A DNA stretch of 64,000 nt from Azolla caroliniana (taxonomy: Eukaryota; Plantae; Polypodiophyta), in contig JBHGNT010000013.1 in NCBI GenBank assembly GCA_043228905.1, forward strand, positions 14,632,001 to 14,696,000, in the 5' to 3' direction. Made by a program: the position numbers and the translations under genes. The notes below the pieces were generated by a model, which saw nothing but the letters and a program-made list of their open reading frames with translations, had not been told where the DNA came from and did no database searches. Positions 24,951-36,576 of this stretch are shown here, piece by piece. Positions within the stretch are counted from its first letter, which is position 1; every line of letters starts with the position of its first letter.

Positions 24951-25158
24951 CTGGTTGGGTGACCATATCAACATAGAATAAATTTTAAGAGGTTTGAGCA
25001 ACCTTGTTGGGTTACCATATTAAAAGAGAATTAATTTTAAGAGGTTTGGGCAACCTGGTTGGGTGACCATATCAAAAGAGAATAAATTTTAAGAGGTTTG
25101 GGCAACCTGGTTGGGTGACCATATCAAACGAGAATTAATTTAAAGATGTTTGGACAAC
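24951..25158. repeat. 4 x 52-bp tandem repeat containing the subterminal motif GTTGGGTGACC
   Basis: Units start at 24951, 25003, 25055 and 25107. Confidence 0.9.
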
Positions 25159-25599
25159 TTGGTTTCTCCGTTGAATGAAAAATCGTAGTTCATTAAAGAA
25201 ATAAAAAAAGTCCTTTTTTTAGACATACGCGAGGAAGGTTCTAGGAACGTTGCTAAAGTCAATTGAAAGTCTTTTAGGAACTAGGAGCTGTGTGAAATTA
25301 GAATTTACCAATAAGATAGAGAAAGGATTAAGTAGATGATTGGTTAAAACGTCAAATCTATTGGAGATCACAACTTGAGAAACTTTTAAAACAACAAATC
25401 AACTTTAGATCACAACTTAGATTGGTTGAAAACAACAAATCACCTTTAGATCACAACTTGTGATTGGTTTAAAACAACAAATCAACTTGAGATAAACACT
25501 TGTTGTAAACAACATTTCCATTAATAAGTAATCGCGATCTACAATGAGTCGATTCTTGCTATACAAAATTTGTGCTGAAAACAACATTCACAAAATTTA

Positions 25600-27649
25600 C
25601 AATATGGAGCCATCGGTCGCAGGTGCAAATCCTAGTACCCTTCGTGCCCACTCGTCCATATGATTTCGAAGTGAATCCACTTCGTGTTTGGTGAAACACA
25701 TCTCTGTGCCCTGTCACCAAATATGTATAAGAACACATCTATACACAATCCACATGAATAAGGCATTGCAATTACACTTACAAAAGTCGGAGATATCCAT
25801 CCTTGTAAGAACTCCCCCACCAACATTTGGATAGTCTTCATGACGTAAAAGCCACAATCCCAACAATTTGGCTGAGTTGGGATGTGCAATACGTGATGTT
25901 GACCCTCAGGCACAATGGTGTGGTCTAACAGTTCAGATGAAATTTCCCAAATCGCCAACTCTGCCATTCTCTGCATGTTGTCAGTCGCTGCGTTGTTCAA
26001 TGGATCGCAGAAGACTACTTTGCTAGTTAGCTTAGAAACTTTCTGTCGCATCTTCGTCCACAACACCCAATGCCCGTCAAGCACGATCGGAATGAACATA
26101 TAATCACATTCAGCCACCTTCCTAAGGATGGCTTGCCCCTTCATCGTATGTTGGTGTAGCGTCACCCAGAGTGGGTCGACGACGGTGAAGCGTTATGTCA
26201 CCTCGAGTGGCAACGAATACTCCATCCACAACGTGAATAAGGTCATAGTCCACGTCGATGCCATTTCACGACACTTGCACATGGTCTCAAGATTTGACTC
26301 GGTAACGTCAAGGGCCAAATCGAGACGTTGGCAGGTCAGCTGGTACCTGAATGCATAGAAATATGTAGTTTGAGTAGGTACATCACACCCCATGTCAGTT
26401 AGTAGGATACTAGTTTATATTTCACATAAACCCTACCTGGAAAAGTGTTTATTTGGTGTTTGGATCCATAACCTTATGCCCTTGCCATGCTGAATTTGAA
26501 CTATGGCCACATTCGGTGCAGCGTCATCTGAATCTCATGTTAGGGAATAAACATCAGTGTGTGACTCGACCTCCTTCCGTCGGACTGGCATCTTTTGTCG
26601 TCTTCGTCTCGGTGGAGTGGACACACCACCCTCAGATGGGTTTAGAGCCTCATCCACATCCGTGGACACACCCTGTGGTTGGGTGGATATCCCCGCCTTT
26701 TTACACTGTTTCACCACAATAAGACACATGTTATTATTTGAATTCTACCAATAAACCCTCCAACACATATATGAAATGAAATCCTCGCTCATACTTACAT
26801 AAGAATCCAAACCGGATGATATCTTCTTCGCCAACATTTCCAAACACTCATCCTTTTTGGAGTCGTATATGGCCATCTCATTGTCCATAAATTGCGCCAC
26901 GAACTCTGCCTCTGTGTCAAGACGGAGTTCAGACGGAATAGAGTGGTACCTCGAAACAGCCCTAACCTTCAACTTCCGGATATATGTTTGCCGATTTCTG
27001 TTGTACTTGATTTCGGGGTCCATGAATCTTCTGAGTGATCTCTAACGCTCATAGTTATTAAAGCATACCCCCGGAATACCCTCCTCCTCCTCTATACGCA
27101 TCCCTCGTGGTAGGACTATGTCTATTCCATGTTCCCTGCGTAAATGTGATTCCATGTCACTTTTTTTGCGATACCACCTTGGCGAGAGGCGGCAATACTC
27201 AGTATAGATACACACACGGGCCTTGTTTCTATTTGCATCTCTTCCAACCTTATACAACGAGTCTGGGCGAGGAGCATCTGTTCCTTCTGTATGTGTTACA
27301 TATTTAAGATTGACATAAAGATTGGCATAAAGATTGACATATTGGAACGACACCAAATCCACATACCATTTGGAGGAGCATCTTGGTCAAATGTTGCCAT
27401 GGCTTGTATGGGCTCGATCTGAGGCGTATGTGTTTGATCCATTCTGTCCCCACTCGTACACATGTCGGCTGACGAACTTCGCCAATGTCTTCTAACGAAG
27501 ACCCTTTAACAAATCACGAGTCAACATACATGCATCAAACCCTAAACCAGTATTAGGGGAGATTGGTTCGTGACATACCTCTCTTGAGTTGGATATATGT
27601 CACTGTTATCGAAATCCCACCAATCTTTGTACTTGGACTTGGAAGCCAT
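25600..27649 (-). CDS. Multi-exon transposon accessory gene: C2H2-like zinc finger plus Ulp1/C48 SUMO-protease-like domain
   Basis: YMFIPIVLDGHWVL...FCDPL...QPNCWDCGFYVMK (H-D-Q-C). Upstream exons include CIYTEYC...MESHLRREHG. Candidate ATG at 27649 with phase-compatible GT-AG junctions. The 3' end is approximate. Confidence 0.75.
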
Positions 27650-29381
27650 CTACCACCATTCAAGTAATCAAACATTTTTTGAATTTAATACTCAAACACA
27701 CACAATATTAAGTTTAAGCAAGCAAATCATTAAACCCTAATCCCTCACTTCCAAATCTCCCCATATGTTATATCCTACTTATCATGTTCCAAATCTCTAA
27801 TTAGAGGAGGAGGAATATAATGATGATGGTGGTGACCCTCCCTGTATGTAAGGATTGTGTGTAAAACAACATATGAAGGTTAAATGATTTAGTAAATGTG
27901 GTTTGTCCTAAAAGGAAAAGTCATGTGTTGCAGTGAATGTGGTTGATGTGACCTCTAAGAAAAAAAGATGAGGATGGAACAATGGCAATGCTTTAGTGCC
28001 ATTGTTACACATTATTGATGACTAAAAAAATGAAGAAAAGAAAAGATGACAATGAGATTGTTACACATTGTTGATGACAAAAAAAATTTGATGATAATGA
28101 TATGAATGACTTCAGGGTTAAATCAATGCCATTCTGAATCAAACAAGGATTGAGACAGTTTAAACATGGCACAAAGCTGTCTCTGGGGATTGACAATAAA
28201 AGAGAGTTAATTGAATCAAAGCCAGAGTCTCTGGTGTTGGTAAACTAGAGAGAGTATAGGATTAAAGAAGTAAGAAGGTTTATGAAGAGGGGGTAAGGCT
28301 ATTGATGATGGTATGGAACCATGATTATGATGATGAGTGAATGTGTAATTGATAGAACATAAGATAGTTTTCCTTTCGTTATGTAGAGGTTGCTTGCATG
28401 CCGCTCAACGAAAAGTGTTACACATTCTCGAAGAAGATTAAAAAAATGTGGTAATTGATGTGGATGATCTTAGGGGGAAGATTGAAATACCCCTTTTTGA
28501 ATCAATCAAACCAAGGATTGAGACAATTCAAATGCAACTTCGTGATTATTATTACTATTTTTTCCATTTGTTTTGGGGGGATAATAGTGATGGCATATCC
28601 ATGTTTTGTACCTTAACTATGCAGTTAAAAGACTCAGGATGCAATATCGAATACTGCTACCTTATTCAATGCATAGATTTCATGTCTGAGGTAGAGCCTT
28701 CTACATGAGTTTAGTAATGAATCCTTATCCTTGTAATCCCTCAACAAGAAACAAAATCCCTCAACTACTCCAAACCCTAATCCCTCAACTATTCCTACCA
28801 CATGTAAAAAAAACAGAAAAAGTGATGTGATAGGGTTTAGTACATACCTGGGAATAGTGATGGAGGAGATTGATTGTTGTGTATGTTGATTGCAGGCCGC
28901 CTAACGCCCAACTCTTTCCCGGCAAAAGAAACCTGTCAATCTCGTTTGAAAAAATGAGAGATAATGACAGGTTTTAGGCTTTTATAGTCATCGGTTGGGC
29001 GACCTACATCTTTTATTGGGTTGGTTGGGTGACCAACTCAATATAAACCCTAAAGCAGTTGGGCAACCTACTTTTGCAAGTCACCCAACCGCTTTAAAAA
29101 TAAATGGTTGGGCGACCTGCATCTTTTATTGAGTTGGTTGGGTGACCAACTCAATATAAGCCCTAAAGCAGTTGGGCAACCTGCTTAAACTGGTCACCCA
29201 ACGGTTGGGCGACCTCTGACAAGGTTGGGCGACCTCTGCACAACTTTTTTTTTCGCGCGTTCTTCCTTATCGAAATTCGACGATGCAGATTGCACGTGCC
29301 TTCTCTGAGCAACCTGCACCGTCTATGGCCGCGATTCCCTCACCAACCCTCTTTATGATTTGTGTCATAATAGACACGTCG

Positions 29382-29447
29382 ATTGTATTGTATTGTATTG
29401 TATTGTATGTATGTATACAATGTATTGTATTTATTGTATGTATGTAT
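29382..29447. repeat. Compound (TATTG)n/(TATG)n array, right part
   Basis: Same units as 21440-21699. Confidence 0.9.
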
Positions 29448-29541
29448 GGTACGGCCATAAGATTGGTGGCGGGTTGAATAATGATAGCAAGAGAGAAGGC
29501 CCATTGGACACACTCACTTCTCGCTTGCTTTACTTGGACCT

Positions 29542-29824
29542 TAGGAATTGGCAATGGCTTGGTTTCGGCTTTTACTGGTTTGGCAAATCGGTTAAGCCTT
29601 TTCCTAGTTTGGGAGTTTCCAACTTGAACTGAACCGATTTAACCAAGATGATTAAGCCTTAACCATTTTGGAAATTGTCTTGGTTTGGCTTGAGTCATCC
29701 CAAAACCGAGCTCAACCCGATTAAGGAAAGCTCAAACCTAAACTGAACCCAACCAAACCGCCAAATTGTTTAAAACGGTTTACCGGTTCGGTTTAGGCTT
29801 GAATCGAGCCATTGCCAATTCCTA
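29542..29824. mobile_element. MITE (hAT-like non-autonomous element)
   Basis: 18-bp perfect TIR TAGGAATTGGCAATGGCT / AGCCATTGCCAATTCCTA. Interior rich in AACCG/CGGTT. No TSD recognisable. Confidence 0.7.
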
Positions 29825-30263
29825 TAATTGGTCATCAAGTGTGAGGCACACCACGACTACCCAATCGCCCCCAAAAGCTTCCATCTCTCTCCCCACATCT
29901 TCATCTTCTGCCACTACCCCACCCCCCTCTCGACGTGTTTGTGCTATCAATCAATGGATGGAGGTTGATGTGTCTTGGCACCCATGTACTCTTGACCTGG
30001 ATCTTGGGTCTATGGCTAACGATGCGGTGGGTAGCATCGACATGATGCCTTACCTTACTAGTAATATATAGTTCAAAACCCACCCCTATTTCACTTGATG
30101 ACCTTGGTTTTCTATACATTGAATAGGGGTTAGCACATGACCTTACTTGTCTTTGTCGGTTATGTTCACCAACTAGCCCACATCCCTTCTTTCTCTCGTC
30201 ATTAGCTTACCCTAGTGGTAAATTGTTACATGACAAGCACTACATCCTACGTTTCAACATTAT

Positions 30264-30330
30264 GGAATGTAGTGGTTGAACCTATAACCTCTGGTCTCCG
30301 TTGGGCAACCTTACCAACTGAGCTACATCC
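30264..30330 (-). mobile_element. tRNA-derived SINE head or tRNA pseudogene
   Basis: Minus strand GGATGTAGCTCAGTTGGTAAGG...GAGGTTATAGGTTCAACCACTACATTCC, with A-box-like and B-box-like motifs and complementary ends. No clear anticodon arm. Confidence 0.5.
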
Positions 30331-31921
30331 ATTTAGGCTCTCTCTCAAGTCATGGAGATGATTAACAAATAAGGGTATATATAAGTATGTCGTGTTGGTT
30401 CGCGAATGCTTAAGACCATCGATGAGAAAGGATGATGTTATGTACATAAGTGTGAGAATTTATGTTATTCTCACATAGCTAGAAGAGTAGTAGACCAGTT
30501 GTAATTCATAATATATGTTTAATTAGTGATAGAAACTCGTGTAATTAGACAAGCATATACATCAAATAGATTTGATTAGAAGAGAATTATTGCTTATACG
30601 TGGAGAATAAACATGAATAGCTTATATGGACAGAAGACTATTCCAGAGTGAGGAGCGACGCAACAATGAAGGAGGAGGAGCGGCGCGCCAATGCAGGGCG
30701 GAGGAGAAGCAGCGGAGTAGCGCACTAGTGCAGGGTGGAGGTTTGGGCGGAGGTCTACGGCGTCAATAGAAATCCCGGCGCAACGGAGCAAGAGGTGCAG
30801 AAACGGAGCCAGCACAGGTTTTGAACCACGCCAACATAGGGAGGTGATCTGCAGACGTGGGGCACAGTAGCCTCTCGCTGCTCATTCCTACAAACGACCC
30901 ATAGGCGGTGTCGTCACAGCCTCCCTGCCGTCGCTGCTTCACCCTGATCACTGAGTGCTTCACCTGCACTGAGGGTTTCCACGCCCCCTCAGTTCGAGGA
31001 GTGGGGCAAACCCCTCCCCCCAGCAGTTCGAGGAGTGGGACTGACACTCCCCCCCCCCCCAGTTTGACAAGTGAAACCCACCAACCACAAATTCGAGTAG
31101 TTGGGCACCCACTCTCGTAACCCCCCCCACAGACGAGCATTCCCCTAGTTCTTTCTTAAGCCCCAAGGAATGACCTAAGGTGACACCAAGCACACAATAG
31201 AAAGCTCTCGTTAAAACTTACAAAACAAGGAAGCGAAGAAGAATAAGTCATGTTAAGACCTTAATATGAAGCTTGAGTGGAACGGCACCCAATGTAGAAG
31301 CAACAAACCAAGGCAAAAGTTTGAATGTCACGCCTCAAATCATAGTCTTCCGGAACACAAATGAGTGTGCTTCCTCTAGCCAAGACCTTGAACCACACCT
31401 GCAAAATGCCTTGAAATGGTTAGGTATAGGGCTCAAGACAGTGGAAAAAATAAGGGTACATGTATCAGCAGTACACAATAACGGAGTTTTGACGCCTCAA
31501 TCTCCTTTCCACTCTTGCTTCCGACACAAGAAGATTGGTCGAAATCCAAGATTAAAGATACGTTATGTAGCCAAGCAGCATGCTTTGTAGCAAAAATAAG
31601 AGATGAAGAGCTCATGAACGAACTAAAGCAACATTGGCATAACACTGAATTCTGGTGCACCATGGATGAAGAGGAAACTCATCTTTGCCACATCCACCTG
31701 CGGACAATCATAGACGCCCAACTAACTCCAAGGTTTTTCTATTTCTATGAGAAGCATGAAGGGACGATTGAAGCTCACAGGATAACCCACAAACTCCACT
31801 CATGGATGTGGACCACTATTCCATCTCTGGAAATGACTGGATGTCTAAATGGTGAGTGCTCCCCACTCACGACATGTTGTGCAAAGCACCAAGAACAACT
31901 GGCAATCTCCCACCCCATTCC

Positions 31922-34900
31922 ATGAGTATGAAGATTATAACATGGAACATGCAAGGGCTTAGAAGTAGACTAGACCAGCAAAACAGATGGCAACTGAGAA
32001 GGGATCCTGAAGAATATTTACTAGGGAATGGTGTTGACATCATCATGTTGCAGGAACACCACCTCAATAGCACGTAGTTAAAGGAAGTCGGAGACCTTCT
32101 ACCGAGATCATGGCGAACGATTTGGGAGCCAGCAATTGGGGAGGATGGAAATCATGGTAGTATTTGCACTTTGATTCAGGAACATCTAGCCCAAGGCTTA
32201 ATACACCAGGAATCACTTATACCTAGTAGGGCACATTTTTGCATGTTGGCCATCCAAGGGCAATGATGGAACTTCATGAATGTTTATGCTCCAAATAGCA
32301 TAACAAAAAGGGCAACATTCTGGGACCGCGTCCACTTACAAGTAGCGGGTGCGGAAGAGTGGTGCATTGGAGGGGATTTTAATATGATCGAATCCATTCA
32401 CGATAGCTCCAACAACAACCCCATAGTTCTACAAGGAAGGGAACGTAAACAATGGGAGAAGCTATGTGTCCACCTAAACCTGCGAGACATCTGGCATTCT
32501 GACAACTTCCAACGAAAAAAGGATTCTCTCTTATTCTCCTGATCAGATGATCGGAATAGTGGTCCCACCCTATCTCGCATTGACCGCATTTATGTGGGGG
32601 AGGCTCTAGAAACGAAGGGAGGGTGGTGCCGCATAACACCAGGCACGACTTTCTCTGACCATTACTCGGTAGTTGGTCATTTTCAATTGCACCGAAAATG
32701 GGGCCCATTCCAGACTCACATCCCACACACTATTTACACACTTATAGACGTGAAGGACCAACTATCCAACCAATGGTCATTACCCGTCAATGACTCATCA
32801 GCATCTGACAAACTTCTAACTAAATTAACAAGAACTTCTACTCTCCTACATGAGATTGTCAGGACCAGAAGCAAGGATGCTCAGGAGAAACGACAACGGA
32901 CAAAATGGGGACTAATAGCCTTACAACAACTCTAATAGAGATACTTGTCCTGTATTTGGATCGAAGGACAAGTCGCCACGACAAAACATGAACTTAGCAT
33001 GGCGGAAAAGGAAATACATGACATGGAGTTTCATGGAAGCATGGCGCGATGGATTCAAGTAGGGGACAAAACCACGAAGGAATTCTTCCGCTCCAAAGGC
33101 CCGAGGTACACTAGAATTGTGATGCGCAGCCTCAACTAAGAGGATGGTGACGAAATGAGGAATATTGCCACAAGTTATTATAGCCGCCTACTTACTAAAG
33201 ACATTATAGCTACAGGGGAAGACATAAGAGAAGATATTATCCTCCAAAGCATACCCGAGAAAGTCACACCGGAAATGAATACATGGCTCGTGCGTCCCCT
33301 ATCAATCATCGAGATATGGGAGGCCCTCACTGATTTAGATGTCGATAGTTGCCCCAGAATTGCCGGCCTCAACCCGCACATTTTCACATGCCTTTGGGAC
33401 ACTATTAAAGAATACCTCCTCCAGGCATATGAGGAGATCATCACCTCTGGAAGCATGTCGGAGGAATTTGGACAAGGGATGATACATCTCTATTCCTAAA
33501 AGTGGTGGGAATGCCAACAACATTAGCAAGTGGCGGGCCATAATTCTTCTCAATATTGTCTATAAGTTGCTTGCAAAAATCGTGGCACGCCGTTTAACAC
33601 CACTTCTCCCTCAACTCATTCATATGTCCCAGACAGGTTTCGTTAGAAATTGGAGCATCCTAGACAACCTCTTCTCATTCTGGGAAGCAATAGCCCTTGC
33701 CAAGCGTACCAACAACAAGTTAGCGGTGGTGCTACTAGATTTTGAGAAAGCATATGACAGGGTATGTTGGAACTTTCTAGAAAGTGTGATGGGGAAACTC
33801 GGCTTTCAAGAGACATGGATCAAAGGCATTGCAGGACTTTATAGGAATGGCAACAGTTGCGTTTCACTGGTAGGTGAAAGGGGCCCCTTTTTCCGAATAT
33901 CTCGATTTGTACCGCAGGGATGCCCACTAACTCCATCCTTATTTCTATTATACACCGAAGCACTCTCTTGCTTTCTCAATTCGCGGCATCTCAACCTACA
34001 TGGTCTTCGCAGTACCTCATTCTCACCAAAGCATCTTGGATATAGAATTTGCAAATGACACAACAGTCTACCTACAAGGGGACTTGGAAAACCTCCAAAA
34101 GCTAGAAAGTGGGCTAGTTGTATTTTGCAAGAGATCCAACGTCATGATCAATTAGCACAAATCCTGCGCAATATGGCTCTCTCAAGAAACACATCCGGCG
34201 TGGCACCCAGATCCCGCTTTCAAATGAATCAATCAAGGGGCGAGCACCAAATATTTGGGTTTCCAAATTGGTTTCAACATACCGTCAGAGACTATGATTG
34301 CACCTGTTATCCATTCTATTCGAGTTGATACATTGGAGCTCGAAAAAACTGTCGCCAACAGGTCGCATCATAGTGACAAATCAGGTACTACTCGCAACAA
34401 CATGGTACAGTCTATCATGTTGGACAATCTCCAAGGAAAGTATACATCAGATTTAACGACTGGTTCGCAACTACATTTGGTCTGGTAAGGAAGACCATGT
34501 AGCTCGCGCCAAGGTGGCGTGGCTTATACTCATAACGCTTAAGTCAAGAGGGGGATTGGGTCTTATTGATCCCCTTTCACAATCGAAAGCCTTACTTGCC
34601 AAATTTGTGGTGCGAGGACTCCAACCAGGAAATGACTGTTGGAAAATGCTAGTGAGGTTATGTTTCGCTTACTTTAGGCCACGAAAAGGGGTCAATTGGG
34701 CCCCGCAAACGGGATGGATTCTAAACATGGATCTCAAACCTAGTTTCTCCTGCCAATTGGAGGATAGATTCAATGCATCCATGTGGAAGGCATGGTGTGA
34801 CATTCGTCGAGGGCTCAAGTGTGATCAACCGAGATCCGAACCTGGCATGTATCAAGGATGAATCTAATCAACTAATGGGATTATGTAAGGGGTTGTCATG

Positions 34901-35559
34901 GGGATACATTGCAGAAGGTTCAGGAAAAAGTATAGAATGTTGGCGACGGTTTATGTCACTGCCACTACAAGATCAGGCGAACATACTCCATGGAATCAGG
35001 GGCGGATAGACTATGAGATCGGAAATCATTAACACTCTATTGATTAGGGAATCTACTACTCAAAGGACGACAATGGAGAAATGGATAGGCCACGAGGAGG
35101 AGGGATCTCTAATCCCGAGAGGTAGGGGACCACCAAACATATTCGAAGGCTCTGAATTGCGAGACATTGAGACACCAACACAGAATAACGCAATTCGAGT
35201 ACTCACGTATACTGGTCATAAATGGATTGTAGATCCTGATCCGATCAAAGTACAACCCGATTGGCACATATGTATTCATGAAAACACATGACTACGTAAG
35301 GTCAATTGGGACCCTTTGCAATGGACATGGCATGATCCTTACGCGGGGCAAGGAAGCAAACCCATCCCTTTCTTCTAATTCACAACAAGATTGGGTCGCC
35401 ACATTCTAACTGCTCAAACCGCCCGAGAGCCGGCTGCTACGAAGGTCTAGCACACATTTCAAGTTCCTCCCACAATAATCACCAAGTTTTGGCAAAAAAT
35501 CTGGAAACAACACACGATGCAAATTACCACATCCCAATGGCTATTAATACATAAGTCCC
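31922..35559 (+). pseudogene. LINE ORF2 (endonuclease-RT), disrupted; resumes at 41160-41767
   Basis: Motifs are spread across short ORFs. The reading WLLIHKS|LLVGSW joins across the copia insertion. Confidence 0.88.
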
Positions 35560-35882
35560 TGTCGAATACAAATGTATAATGGACGTATTCACACTATCCT
35601 CTTAGAGAGCCCAAGTTCAGGCTATTTCTGTAAATAACATAAAGGGCAGTTGCCCTAAGTGAGTCACTATATAAAGTGACTTTGTAACCTTTTGTAAAGG
35701 TTGGTTGTTCATGGTTGTAATTGTTGCCCTTTTATGAATATAGATATATTCTTTGTGTGTGTGTGTCTCTCTCTTTCTCTGTGCTTATATTGTTCTTGTT
35801 TTTCTCATACGCAGGTATTTCTTCCTCACAGATTCATATTAAGTGACCTCTTCCGCACTGACAGCCTTGTTCATCCCCAACA
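35560..35882 (+). repeat. Copia 5' LTR (323 bp)
   Basis: Near-identical to 40798-41154 outside the microsatellite. Confidence 0.96.
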
Positions 35883-36576
35883 TTTGGTATCAGAGCTTGG
35901 ATTTCCTTCATCCCACTGCCGGCCGCCATTCGAATCTTTGGATCACAACATTCTGTTTCTTTTTGTTTTGTATTTGAAGAAACAGAGAAGAGAAAAGAAG
36001 AAGAAAAACGAGGCTTGCATCTCATCGCGTTAGATCATCTTCGCTTGGAGTAAGCCAACCGGTTGTACTCTATTCCTCATGATCATAACCGCTCGAGGTG
36101 AAATCCCCTTGTGCAACATTGACACGATCGTGCTCCACTCAGTTAAACTGCATCCAAACAGGTCACCGAACGTTGCTCGCCGCCCGTTGTAACCACTCGG
36201 TGCAAATCGGTCTAAAGACAACAACCCCAATTCGTGCTTCATTCGGTTGATCGACATTCGGGAGGGTCAATTGGATCCGTCTCTCTCGTCGTTGCAGTCA
36301 CCCGAAGCAGAATCGGTCCAGATAATCGGTATTTGGCATATATATTCGGAAGCGAACCGGGCTCACTCCGACTCGGTAACATTTGGGAAGACTAGTCGGT
36401 TCTGTCCCTTGAGTTACCAGAGTCAATTCGAGCAAGTTCAACAATACACATATCCGAAACTGAACCGACTTGGGTTCAAATCCGACTAGAACGATATCGG
36501 GTGAGCCGACCGGCTGCACTCCAACAAGGTTCGTAGTCAACTCTGAACCGAGCTTCGTCAACCGAAACCGAATCTG

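Larger units (their letters stand above)
21700..29381 (-). mobile_element. Mutator-like DNA transposon (MULE), 7.7 kb, with about 160-bp TIRs, 9-bp TSD ATTGTATTG, a transposase and a Ulp1-like protease gene
   Basis: Left end GCTCGTGTCTATTCTGCATCAAATCATAAAGAGGG... is an imperfect reverse complement of right end ...CCCTCTTTATGATTTGTGTCATAATAGACACGTCG. ATTGTATTG at 21691-21699 and 29382-29390. Subterminal GGTCGCCCAAC arrays at both ends. Confidence 0.92.

Noticed and set aside
24951-25158. CRISPR-like appearance of regular repeats (also 21847-22040 and 55397-55960)
   Set aside because: Whole units repeat with no unique spacers, no cas genes are present, and the context is eukaryotic.
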